DNA of 64,000 nt from Candidatus Thorarchaeota archaeon (GCA_046482545.1 JAWOEX010000024.1:32001-96000); one strand, 5' to 3'; positions 48,642 through 58,522 are shown, numbered from the stretch's first letter. Notes: generated by a model from the letters alone, not told the origin. Translations and numbers: made by a program.

Positions 48642-48947
48642 AGTCCATCAGCCTTTGTTCATTGTGTTCGCTCTTAGAAACATAAGGCTTGGCTTCAGTG
48701 CTGCCATTCTCTATGAACAGAAAGAAACTAATTCACATTATGTTTCAGAGGGCGATTTATTGTCCATTAAAATCCACTGGAGTTCTTCAATTGAAATCTT
48801 CCTGAAGTCCCTCTCTTGGCGTCGAGCATTATCTATCTCAAATCCCTTTACTGTTACTTTGACTAATGCTCTATTTTCCGCTTATTCTCTTGTTTGATTT
48901 TTGTCCAAGTAGAAGTTTCACAGCACCCTACACCCTTGAAAAGTACA

Positions 48948-49086
48948 GACCCTCGTGTCTCGGTCCAGCTGCGTAGCATCATAGACGGTGTTACCGTTAC
49001 CTCATATGTCTGCTGTTTATCCTTTTGAGCACATTTCAAGAGTGCCTTGGACCGGCGTGAAAATCGAACGAGTGAGACCTAGGGTT
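48948..49086 (+). ncRNA. Candidate structured RNA upstream of hdrC
   Basis: Nested pairs gaccct/agggtt, gtctc/gagac, ggtcca/tggacc enclose hairpins gacggt/accgtt and gcac/gtgc. Confidence 0.4.
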
Positions 49087-49184
49087 CGAGTTGTTCATTC
49101 AAATCCGTCTAATTATTCATTGCGAAATATTAATACTGAGCACTCCTGTCGAAGACAAGAGATATCTTGCAAAGATTGCTGTGA

Positions 49185-49748
49185 GTGGAATACATGACAG
49201 AAGAAGCGACAGAAAGGAGAGAACCTATATCACGTCGGCCGGCTAGGGTCGACCCAGAATTCAAGCACGAAGTGTTGAGAGAGCCGGGTGGCGAGAGCCT
49301 GAAACAGTGCTTCCAGTGTGGTACGTGTACAGCAGGATGTATCATCGCAGAACATAGTAAAGAGTATCAAGGACCTCGAAAAATCATAAGGATGGCTCAA
49401 CTTGGTCTAGTTGAAGAACTTCTCTCAAGTCCTGAGCTCTGGTACTGTAGTACCTGTTATTCCTGCACAGAGGTCTGCCCACAGGGAGTCACGGCCAAGG
49501 ACATCATCAGGGTGCTTCAGAACATAGCTGTGAAACGGGGTTACGTGCCCAAGGGGTATCAGAAGATAGCTGAGAGTATCCTGAAAACCGGCTGGGCACA
49601 AAAGGTCAGTAGATTCAAGCTGAAGAAGAGGGAGAAACAGGGGCTTCCACCGCTCCCCGATACGGATCGGGATGAGGTTGAGAAGCTAATGAAGACCACC
49701 GGGCTAGATGAGATTGCTGGAGCTGAAGAAGCGGAGGAAGAAGAATGA
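49185..49748 (+). CDS. hdrC: Heterodisulfide reductase subunit C
   Basis: CFQCGTCTAGC and LWYCSTCYSCTEVCP. Confidence 0.93.
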   Translation: MEYMTEEATERREPISRRPARVDPEFKHEVLREPGGESLKQCFQCGTCTAGCIIAEHSKEYQGPRKIIRMAQLGLVEELLSSPELWYCSTCYSCTEVCPQGVTAKDIIRVLQNIAVKRGYVPKGYQKIAESILKTGWAQKVSRFKLKKREKQGLPPLPDTDRDEVEKLMKTTGLDEIAGAEEAEEEE

Positions 49749-50695
49749 GCAGTACAGAACCAAAGGACATCTCGATTCCTGAAGTAGAGGAGCATACTGA
49801 GCCCATCAAATACAGCTTCTTTTTGGGCTGTGTTATACCAAACAGAGAGGTTGCCTATGAAATCTCTACACGACGTGTGTGCAAGGAACTGGGAATTGAG
49901 CTTCTCGACATGAAAGGCGCAAGCTGCTGTGGTCTTCCTGTGGACACGGTTAGTCATGAGTCTTCATTGGCACTTGCTGCTAGGAATCTGACTATTGCTG
50001 AGGAAATGGGGCATGATATTTTTACTATTTGTACTGGCTGCACAGGAACACTCGCAAAGGCAAATTGTCAGTTGAAAGAAAACAGAAGAACCCGGGAACG
50101 CGTCAATGCGGAGCTTGGTGAGATTGGCCGAGAGTTCAAGGGTACGATCGAGGTCAAGCATCTCGTTCGGAGCCTTGTGGAAGATTTCGGTCTGAACAAC
50201 CTTAGGAAACGAATCAAGCGCCCTCTGAAGAGCCTGAGGATTGCGGGACACTACGGCTGCCATGTACTGATGCCCAGCAAGTATCTCCGTTTCGATGATC
50301 CAGGGAATCCCCACATTCTGAATGAACTGATTGAACTGACCGGGGCAGAGTTGGTGCGATATGAGGGCGAGCGGGACTGTTGCGGAGCCATGATACTCAC
50401 GGTCAATACAGACCTCCCCAGTGAGCTTGCTGCAACTAAGCTACACAACGTGAAAGGGGCGGGAGTAGACGCACTCACCACGATTTGTCCGTCGTGTCAC
50501 CGTCAGTACGACGGTAACCAGCGAGCTGCAGAGAAGAGGTATGACGAGGAATTTGGCGTTCCAGTCTTGCACTACCCACAGCTACTCGGGCTTGCTCTGG
50601 GTATCCCGCCAGAGGAGCTCGCGCTTAATGATCTGAAGGTCAAACCCACATCTCTTGTGGACAAACTGGAAAGAGAACGAGAACAAGACAGTTAG
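49745..50695 (+). CDS. hdrB: Heterodisulfide reductase subunit B
   Basis: Two CCG domains: 'LGCVIP..SCCG..CTGC' and 'HYGCH..DCCG..CPSC'. Confidence 0.95.
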   Translation: MSSTEPKDISIPEVEEHTEPIKYSFFLGCVIPNREVAYEISTRRVCKELGIELLDMKGASCCGLPVDTVSHESSLALAARNLTIAEEMGHDIFTICTGCTGTLAKANCQLKENRRTRERVNAELGEIGREFKGTIEVKHLVRSLVEDFGLNNLRKRIKRPLKSLRIAGHYGCHVLMPSKYLRFDDPGNPHILNELIELTGAELVRYEGERDCCGAMILTVNTDLPSELAATKLHNVKGAGVDALTTICPSCHRQYDGNQRAAEKRYDEEFGVPVLHYPQLLGLALGIPPEELALNDLKVKPTSLVDKLEREREQDS

Positions 50696-50707
50696 GAGCT
50701 CTGTATC

Positions 50708-51229
50708 ATGTGGAACTACCATGCCGTCTGGAAAGTTTTGGAAGAGTTACTGGGCGACCTGAAGCAAAGGGAGGCTGAGATACCTGAAGACTTCTTGACG
50801 AAACTGAAAGCAGCCCATGGGAATATCAACATCATGAAGGCCGACCCTACTCATGAAGACATCATGGACAAGGTAGAAGAGCAGTTGAACAATCTGGAGG
50901 GACAACTAATCTATCTCGCTGAGGACAGAGTCGGTCCCGACTATGCCGACAAATGGATAACCAAGATTAAAGAGGCCAGAGAATCAGAGCCTGAGGTATC
51001 AAGGGCAAAACCATTCTCTCCAGGAGTTCCACGGGCAGACTACTGGATTCGCCTCACAGTAGGAGATGTGATAAAACGTCCGGACATAGAGAAGATGGCC
51101 TCAGAACTGGGTCTCTCAATAAAAGAGGATGCTGCTAGTACAATCATAGTCCATGGCGATGAAACCAAGGTGAAAAGTCTGGTAAAGGTCATGACTAGAA
51201 AGATGGGGGAAGAGAAAGGCAGAGAATAG
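50708..51229 (+). CDS. DUF2096-like protein
   Basis: 'WKVLEELLGDLK...IP....LKAA..NINI', 'FSPGVPR...WIR'; follows hdrB. Confidence 0.7.
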   Translation: MWNYHAVWKVLEELLGDLKQREAEIPEDFLTKLKAAHGNINIMKADPTHEDIMDKVEEQLNNLEGQLIYLAEDRVGPDYADKWITKIKEARESEPEVSRAKPFSPGVPRADYWIRLTVGDVIKRPDIEKMASELGLSIKEDAASTIIVHGDETKVKSLVKVMTRKMGEEKGRE

Positions 51230-51246
51230 TCTCTGCCAAACTCGTT

Positions 51247-51738
51247 CTATTGCTCTGCTTCTGAGGCTTCAGCTGCTGTAATCCGTGCGGTGGTTGCAGC
51301 TATTCGAGATTTCCTTGCTGTGGTCTCTCGGGTCTGCAACGAGAGGGCCTCCACCGGACAGGCCTCTATACACTCTGGTTCCCCATCACAGAGATCACAG
51401 GCGATGGCTATGCCGTCAGGATTAATCGTGATGGCACCGAAGTCGCATGCCTCAACACACCAACCACATCCATTACACTTGTCCTCATCAACAATAATAT
51501 GACCATCTTCCTCACTTTGCTGCAAGGCATCTCTTGGACAAGCGATGACACATGGAGCGTCTTCGCACATCATACAAGTTATTGAGAGATTACCGCTCGG
51601 ATAGACACGAACAGCCCTGATTCGAGACCTGAGGGGATTGAATACACCCTCTTTCTCAAGGGAACACACATATTCACAGACAGTACAACCTGTACAAAGA
51701 TCTGGGTCACAACCCACAAACTTGTGTAATTTTGCCAT
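51247..51738 (-). CDS. 4x[4Fe-4S] electron-transfer subunit of AOR (DmsB/AorA-like)
   Basis: CTGCTVCEYVC, CMMCEDAPCVIACP, CNGCGWCVEAC, CDLC..PECIEACP. Confidence 0.9.
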   Translation of the reverse strand: MAKLHKFVGCDPDLCTGCTVCEYVCSLEKEGVFNPLRSRIRAVRVYPSGNLSITCMMCEDAPCVIACPRDALQQSEEDGHIIVDEDKCNGCGWCVEACDFGAITINPDGIAIACDLCDGEPECIEACPVEALSLQTRETTARKSRIAATTARITAAEASEAEQ

Positions 51739-51751
51739 TTTCTTACCTCCA

Positions 51752-53662
51752 CTATCCCTTTGTTTTCTTCTTCTTTGATGATTTCTTTTTCCCGTCTTTC
51801 TTCTTCTTTGAAACAGCCTTCTTCACGTCTTCTAGGTATTCTGCATAATCCATGAGTCCCAACTCCTTGAGCTTGGCATTTGTTGGAATACCCTCTTTCG
51901 ACCAGCCTCGCGTTTCATAGTAGTCATCAAGAAGGAGGTCTAGTTCTTCCTGAGTGACAAGCGAACCCTTTGCGATTCCCGATTTGATGGGATCTTTCAT
52001 GCATCGAATTGGCAATGTGTCCTCCTCACGACCAATCCCCTCTCTGAGGTTGTAGATCTTGCCCAAGTTGCTAATCCGCTCACCACAGCGTTGCATCTCC
52101 TCGGCAGTCATCGGAATACCGGTAGCCAGAGAGTACATCTTTGCATACATCTCGTAATCCCAAATGCGTCTTGAGAACTTGCATATGATAAGAGAGTCCA
52201 TGATGCTGTAGAGGTCCTCTCCATCAATGACCAGTTGCCCTCTTCCCTTTTCAGCCTTGAAACGGTCGACTTGACCTTTCAAATCCGGTCCGTAGGCGCC
52301 ATGTCGCTGATGGTCTGCGCCTCTGCGGGATACCGCATAACCCAAAGCACAGGTCTTAAGGCCTCGTACGTCATAACCCGTCATCTCTACACCTTTGATA
52401 TGCATGGCGAACTTCTCTGAGCCCTTTCCTAGCTTCGCAGCTGCACGTTTCACACCCCCAGCCAAGAGATCACCAATATCTTCTCTGAGGGCAATCTTCT
52501 CTACCATTTCACACATGCCTTCGGCGTTACCGAACTCAAGCTCGATACCACCTGTATCCTTCTTGGTGATGATGCCTTTCTCATAGGCCTCCATAGCAAA
52601 TGCGATTACAACACCTGTGGATAGAGCATCTGTTCCATAGAGATCACAGAGCTGTACTGCTCGAACGATGGCATCTGGTCTGTCGACACCTGTGCACGAA
52701 CCAAAAGCATAGGTCGGCTCATACTCGATACGACCGATTGCACCTTTGAAGGGCCCCTCTCTTACAATGGCGACATGCTCACAGCGCATTCCACAGCTGT
52801 CGCAGGCCTGTATTTTCTCAACGTGCATTTCATTGAGAGCCTCTCCGCTGATTTTGTCCGCCTTTTCGAATACTGCATCCTGCCAGTTTCTCGTGGGCAT
52901 GGCAGCCTGTTTGTTCAGTGCTAGAACGTTGGCAGCAGTACCAAGATTCCGGTACTTCTCTGTGGCAGGTCCCTTTGCCTCCTCATAGATTTCAGATGTC
53001 ATTTCTTTGAAGCCTTCAACATCTGCAATCTCAACATCATTAAACCCTCTTACTGCGAGAGCCTTGAGGTTCTTAGATCCCATTACCGCGCCCATTCCGG
53101 TGCGGCCAGCTGCCCTGAGTCGGTCATTAATAATGGCTGAAAAACGGACGAGATTCTCTCCTGCTGGACCGATTGATGCAATTCTCACCCCGGGATCTCC
53201 CAAGTCCGATTTGATCGTATCCTCCGTTTCCCAGTTACTCTTACCCCACAGGTGGCTGGCGTCCATAATCTGCACGCTCTCATCCTCCAAGTAGAGATAT
53301 GACGGGCGCTCAGCTCTTCCTGTCACCATCACGATATCATATCCAGCTCTGCGGAGCTCTGAACCAAAAAAGCCAGTTGAATATGCCTCGCCAAGTCCTT
53401 GGGACTGGGGAGACTTCGCTGCGACACCCCACTTACTGGCGCTCCCGGGTATCATCATGCCACAGAACGTCCCGCACGAGAATACTATCGGATTCTCGGG
53501 GTCGAAAGCATCTGTACCAGGTCGCTGGTGATCTGTAATCATTTTAATACCGAATCCAGCACCGCCAAGGAATTTCTTAGCCATTTCCTCGCCGAGCGGT
53601 TTGGTCTTCGTCTTTCCAGTGCTCAGGTTAACGTACAAGATATTGTTCGCGTATCCTTTCAC
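51752..53662 (-). CDS. aor: Tungsten-containing aldehyde:ferredoxin oxidoreductase family protein
   Basis: 'LGGAG', 'KSPQ', 'IGPAGEN', 'GRTGMGAVMGSKNLKA', CxxC...C, 'EYE', 'DLYGTDALSTG', 'RGADH'; GTG start at 53662. Confidence 0.95.
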   Translation of the reverse strand: MKGYANNILYVNLSTGKTKTKPLGEEMAKKFLGGAGFGIKMITDHQRPGTDAFDPENPIVFSCGTFCGMMIPGSASKWGVAAKSPQSQGLGEAYSTGFFGSELRRAGYDIVMVTGRAERPSYLYLEDESVQIMDASHLWGKSNWETEDTIKSDLGDPGVRIASIGPAGENLVRFSAIINDRLRAAGRTGMGAVMGSKNLKALAVRGFNDVEIADVEGFKEMTSEIYEEAKGPATEKYRNLGTAANVLALNKQAAMPTRNWQDAVFEKADKISGEALNEMHVEKIQACDSCGMRCEHVAIVREGPFKGAIGRIEYEPTYAFGSCTGVDRPDAIVRAVQLCDLYGTDALSTGVVIAFAMEAYEKGIITKKDTGGIELEFGNAEGMCEMVEKIALREDIGDLLAGGVKRAAAKLGKGSEKFAMHIKGVEMTGYDVRGLKTCALGYAVSRRGADHQRHGAYGPDLKGQVDRFKAEKGRGQLVIDGEDLYSIMDSLIICKFSRRIWDYEMYAKMYSLATGIPMTAEEMQRCGERISNLGKIYNLREGIGREEDTLPIRCMKDPIKSGIAKGSLVTQEELDLLLDDYYETRGWSKEGIPTNAKLKELGLMDYAEYLEDVKKAVSKKKKDGKKKSSKKKKTKG

Positions 53663-53997
53663 GTTGTCCACTCTCAGGCAATCCGTGACGTATATATTGG
53701 GGATGAAGAGAAAGTCAATCCATGATAAAGGTATCGAAGCCCGACCACTCAATTATCAATACAGTTAACCTCGGATTAGCAATGATATGAGTCGTCGATT
53801 CAACAACCTCTAAGATGAAACAGAGATTCGTGTGACATGCAGGTACCCATTCATGATTGAGAGTCACAAACGTCGAGGATTATACACAAGATTATCCATC
53901 TCTGTTTTGGCTTCTTACAAAACAGATTTAATATATCCAGCTTTGCGAAACGCATCACGGTCACGACACAGCAAGCCAATAAAGGGAGAATAGACAT

Positions 53998-54864
53998 TTG
54001 CCGCTACGACTGAAAAAGACAGAAACCGATTATAGTCTGGTCATCGAACGAAACCTCTACACGAAGCGCTTTCTGCTTACCGTGGACAGAGAAAAGTGCA
54101 GAGGCTGTGGTATATGTGAAACAGTCTGCCATTCTGATGCAATCTCCCTCGTCAACAGAGAGAAGACAGTGGTTGATGGGGAAGAGGTCACGCAAAGAGC
54201 TATCGTTGATATTGACGAAAACCTTTGCGACCACTGCGGTATGTGTGAAGCGATATGTCCGTTTTGGGCAATCGAGCATACCGTCAATGGTGAGCCGGTC
54301 GTGTGTGTCCATGAAACAGAGAGTTTTCCGCAGTATATTCGTGAGATTCGAGTGGACGAAGAGGAGATATCTCCATATCTGGAAAAGGCAGATGAGTTAT
54401 GCCCGTTGAATCTCGTCTCAGTGGAAGACGGAGAACTGTTCATTGATGAGAAATCGTGCCCTTGCTGTAGGCAGTGCGAAGACAGGACAAACGGTGCGAT
54501 TCTAGTTCGTCCCATCTTCATGGGTTCTATCATTATCAATCAGGAAGTGTGCCCCGAAGACTGTAAGAGCTGCTTAGATATCTGTCCTGTCGAGGCTCTG
54601 GAACTCCACGAGGACGGCAAGGTCTATCCCTTGGATAGATATTGCGTCTACTGTGAGGCCTGCATCAAGGTCTGTCCAGAACCGGACGAGGCACTTATTG
54701 TCACGCGGACATCAGTTCGACACACCCCTGTGAAGTCTGGGGCGTGGAACAAAGCATTAGAAAAACTAGCGACGTCTGATGCGTTCGAGCGTGAAGTTCG
54801 GACAAAAAGGACAAGCAAAGTTGCGGAGGCCATGAAACGACGAAACTTGGGCGGAGGAAAGTGA
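53998..54864 (+). CDS. Polyferredoxin (FwdF/MvhB-like)
   Basis: Several CxxCxxCxxxCP motifs; FwdF-like N-terminus. Confidence 0.85.
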   Translation: MPLRLKKTETDYSLVIERNLYTKRFLLTVDREKCRGCGICETVCHSDAISLVNREKTVVDGEEVTQRAIVDIDENLCDHCGMCEAICPFWAIEHTVNGEPVVCVHETESFPQYIREIRVDEEEISPYLEKADELCPLNLVSVEDGELFIDEKSCPCCRQCEDRTNGAILVRPIFMGSIIINQEVCPEDCKSCLDICPVEALELHEDGKVYPLDRYCVYCEACIKVCPEPDEALIVTRTSVRHTPVKSGAWNKALEKLATSDAFEREVRTKRTSKVAEAMKRRNLGGGK

Positions 54865-54870
54865 TTAACG

Positions 54871-57387
54871 TTGAATGACAAACAGACCGAAGAAAATGAT
54901 GAGAAACTCGTGGCGGAAGAACCCCGAATTGGCGTCTTCATCTGTCACTGCGGCTCGAACATAGCCGGCACTCTGGACATCGACGCGCTGGAGGAATATG
55001 CTAAAACACTTGATTCTGTTGTCTACGTGAAGCAGAACCGATACACATGTGCTGATCCTGGTCAGGAGGAGATTCGTGAAGGAATTAAGGATTACAAACT
55101 CGACAAGGTGGTGGTAGCTGCATGTTCGCCCCGGATGCATGAACCCACCTTCAGGGTCACGGTCTCCGAGGCAGGAATGAACCCGTATAACTTCATTATG
55201 GCCAATATCAGGGAACACTGCTCATGGTGTCATGAGGAAAGTGAAGACTCTTTGCAAAAGGCAAAAGAGATAATCAGGATGGCTGTTGCGAAGGCTGCAC
55301 TATCCGTTCCCCTCGAGAAGTTTGAAGTGCCTGTGACGGACAGGGCCATGGTCATTGGAGGTGGAGTTTCCGGAATACACGCTGCTCTTGACCTCGCCAA
55401 TATGGGCTACAAGACCTACCTTGTTGAGCGTGATGAGAGTATTGGCGGTCACATGGCTCAACTCGACAAAACTTTCCCTACACTAGACTGTTCAATCTGC
55501 ATCGAGGGGCCAAAGATGGTCGAGGTGGGCAGACACCCCAACATCGAAATTATCAGTTTCTCTGAAGTTGTAAATGTTGATGGTTACGTCGGAAACTTTA
55601 AGGTGAGAATCCGAAAGAATCCCCGATACGTCATCCAAGATAATTGTACAGGCTGCGGCGAGTGTTCAGATGTCTGCCCAGTCGAGTATCCTAATGCGTG
55701 GGAACAGAATCTCGGAACACGAAAGGCAATTTCCGTCCCATTCCCACAGGCTGTCCCTCTCGTGTACACTATAAATCGCGACCACTGTATCGAGTGTTAC
55801 AAGTGTGTTGATGTCTGTGGCGAACGGCAGGCTATCGACTTCGAACAGGAGCCTGAAGAGATTGAAGTGGAGGTGGGGACTATCACAGTGGCCACGGGCT
55901 ACCACTCCATGTACGAACCTGTCAGTGGCGGTGAGTTTGAGTCTGCCCAAGATGGTTATTATGGCTACGGTCGGTTTGAGAACGTTGTCACGGGCCTTGA
56001 AACAGAGCGACTTGTCTGTGCGGGAGGACCTACGGGAGGCGAGGTCATTCGTAGGTCTGATGGGAAGCATCCTCATCGTGTAGGCTTCATCCAATGTGTG
56101 GGCTCTCGAGATGTCAATAAGTACGAGTATTGCTCCAATTTCTGCTGCATGTACACTCTGAAGAATGCCATTCTCATCAAGGAGCACGAGCCTGATACTG
56201 AGATATTCATCTGGTATATCGACATGAGGACTCCTGGAAAGGGGTATGAGAACTTCTACACCAGAGCAAGAGATGCCGGTTTCACCTTCATCAAGGGGCG
56301 ACCATACGAGGTCATCGAGGACCCGGAAACCAAGAACCTGATTGTACGTTCTGAAGATGTGCTTCTCGGGAAAGAGGTAGAGGTAGAGGTCGATTTGCTA
56401 GTCCTAGCTACAGCCTGCGAACCAAGTTTCGGAACTGGAGATCTTGGTGGGAAGCTTCACATCACCAGAAGCGCCAACGGATTCTTTATGGAGGCGCACC
56501 CGAAGCTCAAGCCTCTGGATACACCTGTTGACGGGATTACCCTGTCGGGGGCTTGCCAGGGTCTAAAGGACATCCCTTACTCAGTATCATCTGGTAGCGG
56601 TGCAGCGTCACGGGCTGCGACCATCCTGTCGAAAGATACCGTTGAGATTGAGCCCATTGTAGCTGTGGTTGACCCTGACAAGTGCATGAATGTGGACCGG
56701 AACTGTGGCATCTGTGTGGACAAGTGCCCCTACGTAGCTATCACGGCTGTCGAAGGTGAGGCTGCTGCAGTAAACGTCGCCAATTGTCATGGTTGTGGAA
56801 CATGCGTTGCTTCCTGTCCCCACGATGCTATCGACCAGATGCATTTTACTGACTCCATGATCTTTTCACAAATCAGAGCAGCGTTGGATGACAAGCCTGA
56901 GGAGAAGATTTTGGTCTTCGCCTGCAACTGGTGCTGCTATGGAGGATCCGACCTTGCGGGAACGAGTCGATTCACCTATCCTCCCAACACCCGCATCATC
57001 AGAGTGATGTGCTCTGGTCGGGTTGATACTGACTTTGTCGCTGAGGCCTATAGGCTGGGTGCTGGAGCGGTCATGGTGGGTGCGTGTCACAGACCTACAG
57101 ACTGTCACTACATCAGTGGAAACCACGTTGCATATGAGAGATTCCAACGATATCAAAAACGACTTGAAAGAGCAGGCATCAGCCCAGAGAGATTTCTCTG
57201 GAAGGAAATATCTGCCGCGGAGGGGCTTATCTTCGCAAAAACAATGAAAAGACTGAACGAGAACATTCAGGACATAGGAATCGACAGAATCAAGGAAGAG
57301 AATGAACAGGCTCGAAAGAGAATTTCAGCTTCTCTAAAGCGGAAGGGCCTCATCCCGGAGACAGAGAAATCTAACCAAGAGGAATAG
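54871..57387 (+). CDS. hdrA: HdrA-MvhD fusion protein
   Basis: 'GVFICHCGSNIAG', 'AACSPRMHE', FAD 'IGGGVSG', 'QCVGSRD...CSNFCC..LK'; C-terminal MvhD 'CNWC..GGSDLAG...RVMCSGRVD...GACH...CHY..GN'. Confidence 0.96.
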   Translation: MNDKQTEENDEKLVAEEPRIGVFICHCGSNIAGTLDIDALEEYAKTLDSVVYVKQNRYTCADPGQEEIREGIKDYKLDKVVVAACSPRMHEPTFRVTVSEAGMNPYNFIMANIREHCSWCHEESEDSLQKAKEIIRMAVAKAALSVPLEKFEVPVTDRAMVIGGGVSGIHAALDLANMGYKTYLVERDESIGGHMAQLDKTFPTLDCSICIEGPKMVEVGRHPNIEIISFSEVVNVDGYVGNFKVRIRKNPRYVIQDNCTGCGECSDVCPVEYPNAWEQNLGTRKAISVPFPQAVPLVYTINRDHCIECYKCVDVCGERQAIDFEQEPEEIEVEVGTITVATGYHSMYEPVSGGEFESAQDGYYGYGRFENVVTGLETERLVCAGGPTGGEVIRRSDGKHPHRVGFIQCVGSRDVNKYEYCSNFCCMYTLKNAILIKEHEPDTEIFIWYIDMRTPGKGYENFYTRARDAGFTFIKGRPYEVIEDPETKNLIVRSEDVLLGKEVEVEVDLLVLATACEPSFGTGDLGGKLHITRSANGFFMEAHPKLKPLDTPVDGITLSGACQGLKDIPYSVSSGSGAASRAATILSKDTVEIEPIVAVVDPDKCMNVDRNCGICVDKCPYVAITAVEGEAAAVNVANCHGCGTCVASCPHDAIDQMHFTDSMIFSQIRAALDDKPEEKILVFACNWCCYGGSDLAGTSRFTYPPNTRIIRVMCSGRVDTDFVAEAYRLGAGAVMVGACHRPTDCHYISGNHVAYERFQRYQKRLERAGISPERFLWKEISAAEGLIFAKTMKRLNENIQDIGIDRIKEENEQARKRISASLKRKGLIPETEKSNQEE

Positions 57388-57412
57388 TCTTTCCTGCAAA
57401 ATGGTCCAAGTT

Positions 57413-57681
57413 TCAGCATTTTCTCCTTGGATGACCTATGGAAGTGAGGTCTATGATACTGTCTGACGTGCTGTCCAAATTCAGCAAGTTATTTATCTCA
57501 TCATCACAGATTGCTCCAATTTGACAGCTGCCAAGATTCTGCCTTCTGCAGCTAGAACAAGATTCTCTTCAATGCGGCCGCCACCTAGGATGATGTAGCC
57601 ACGGGCCCGCTGAAGACACATCCGTTTTGACCGCCAGAATCTCAAATTCCATATGGCCCCAGCCATCACTTTCCAAACCAT
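57413..57681 (-). pseudogene. Frameshifted remnant of SagB/ThcOx-like nitroreductase
   Basis: 'RGYIILGGGRIEENLVLAAEG' continues after a 1-nt shift near 57540 as 'NLGSCQIGAICDDEINNLLNLD...IGHP'; matches the family C-terminus LDAGHxxQNLxLAAExxxLGxCxIGAFxDDxxNxLLxLD. Confidence 0.65.
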
Positions 57682-57801
57682 TTACCGTTTATCGCTTTCA
57701 GGAGAGGGTGTCTGTGGAATTCCATTTCATAAAGTAAAGTAATAAGCCAAACATGTAGAGTACTATCTGAGAACCTTCCCGGTAAAATATACTGAGAGAA
57801 G

Positions 57802-58521
57802 ATGATAATGGAGAACGAACAAAGGTCAGATTTTCGACCGGAGCCCCTAGACCTGGTCATAGCGATTATTGCAGCATTTGGACTGCCAATTTTCAGCGGA
57901 TATCTCTATGCCACCATGGGAGCACTACCTGTTCTTGTAATCTATTACGGGGTCTTCTGCATTGGGCTTAGAAAATGGCGATACGGAAACTTGGGATACA
58001 AGTTGGAGAAGGGCAGCATCATTGAGCAGTTTAAGGGCTACACCACGAAACCATTCATTATTGCATTGGTTGCCCAAATCGGTCTCGTTATCGATAGCTG
58101 GATTGTGGTGGAACATGTCACCAATAGCACCCTACTGGGATTTTTGGGAACCTTATTGCTATGGGCCCCCATAAACGCCTTCTCAGAACAGCTTTCGTGG
58201 TTGTATGTCTTTGAATCGTTCTCAGAATTTTCTGATGAAAAAACAAAACGGCGGATTGGCACGGCGATTGGGATACTTCTGTATGTGGCGTATATAGGTC
58301 TGATACACGCGCTTTTCTGGGGTCGATTTCTTCTGGGTAGTGTAATTATTTCACCCTTCACCGAGATTTTCTTCATTCTACAATTTGTGGTGTCACTCTG
58401 TTACTTGGCAATTTACAGACAATCAAGGAGTATGTGGCCCATTGGTCTTATCCATTTTCTTCTTAATTTCACTAGTGTCCTCTTCTCAGGTTATTCGATG
58501 GTTCCGTATCTAATCAGATAG
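57802..58521 (+). CDS. CPBP (Abi/CAAX) family intramembrane protease-like protein
   Basis: Multi-TM; 'NAFSEQL', 'GLIHALF', 'SRSMWPIGLIHFLLN'. Confidence 0.7.
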   Translation: MIMENEQRSDFRPEPLDLVIAIIAAFGLPIFSGYLYATMGALPVLVIYYGVFCIGLRKWRYGNLGYKLEKGSIIEQFKGYTTKPFIIALVAQIGLVIDSWIVVEHVTNSTLLGFLGTLLLWAPINAFSEQLSWLYVFESFSEFSDEKTKRRIGTAIGILLYVAYIGLIHALFWGRFLLGSVIISPFTEIFFILQFVVSLCYLAIYRQSRSMWPIGLIHFLLNFTSVLFSGYSMVPYLIR

Positions 58522-58522
58522 A

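Noticed and set aside
48737-48880. 47-codon minus-strand open stretch vaguely like an Mrr-type nuclease end, as a possible lost partner of the MTase
   Set aside because: No start codon and no PD-(D/E)xK motif; similarity too weak to support.
57430-57460. SECIS-like 'ATGA...AA...GA' hairpin after hdrA-mvhD
   Set aside because: Helix too short, no in-frame TGA in the gene (Cys at the usual Sec positions), and the sequence is explained by the opposite-strand pseudogene.
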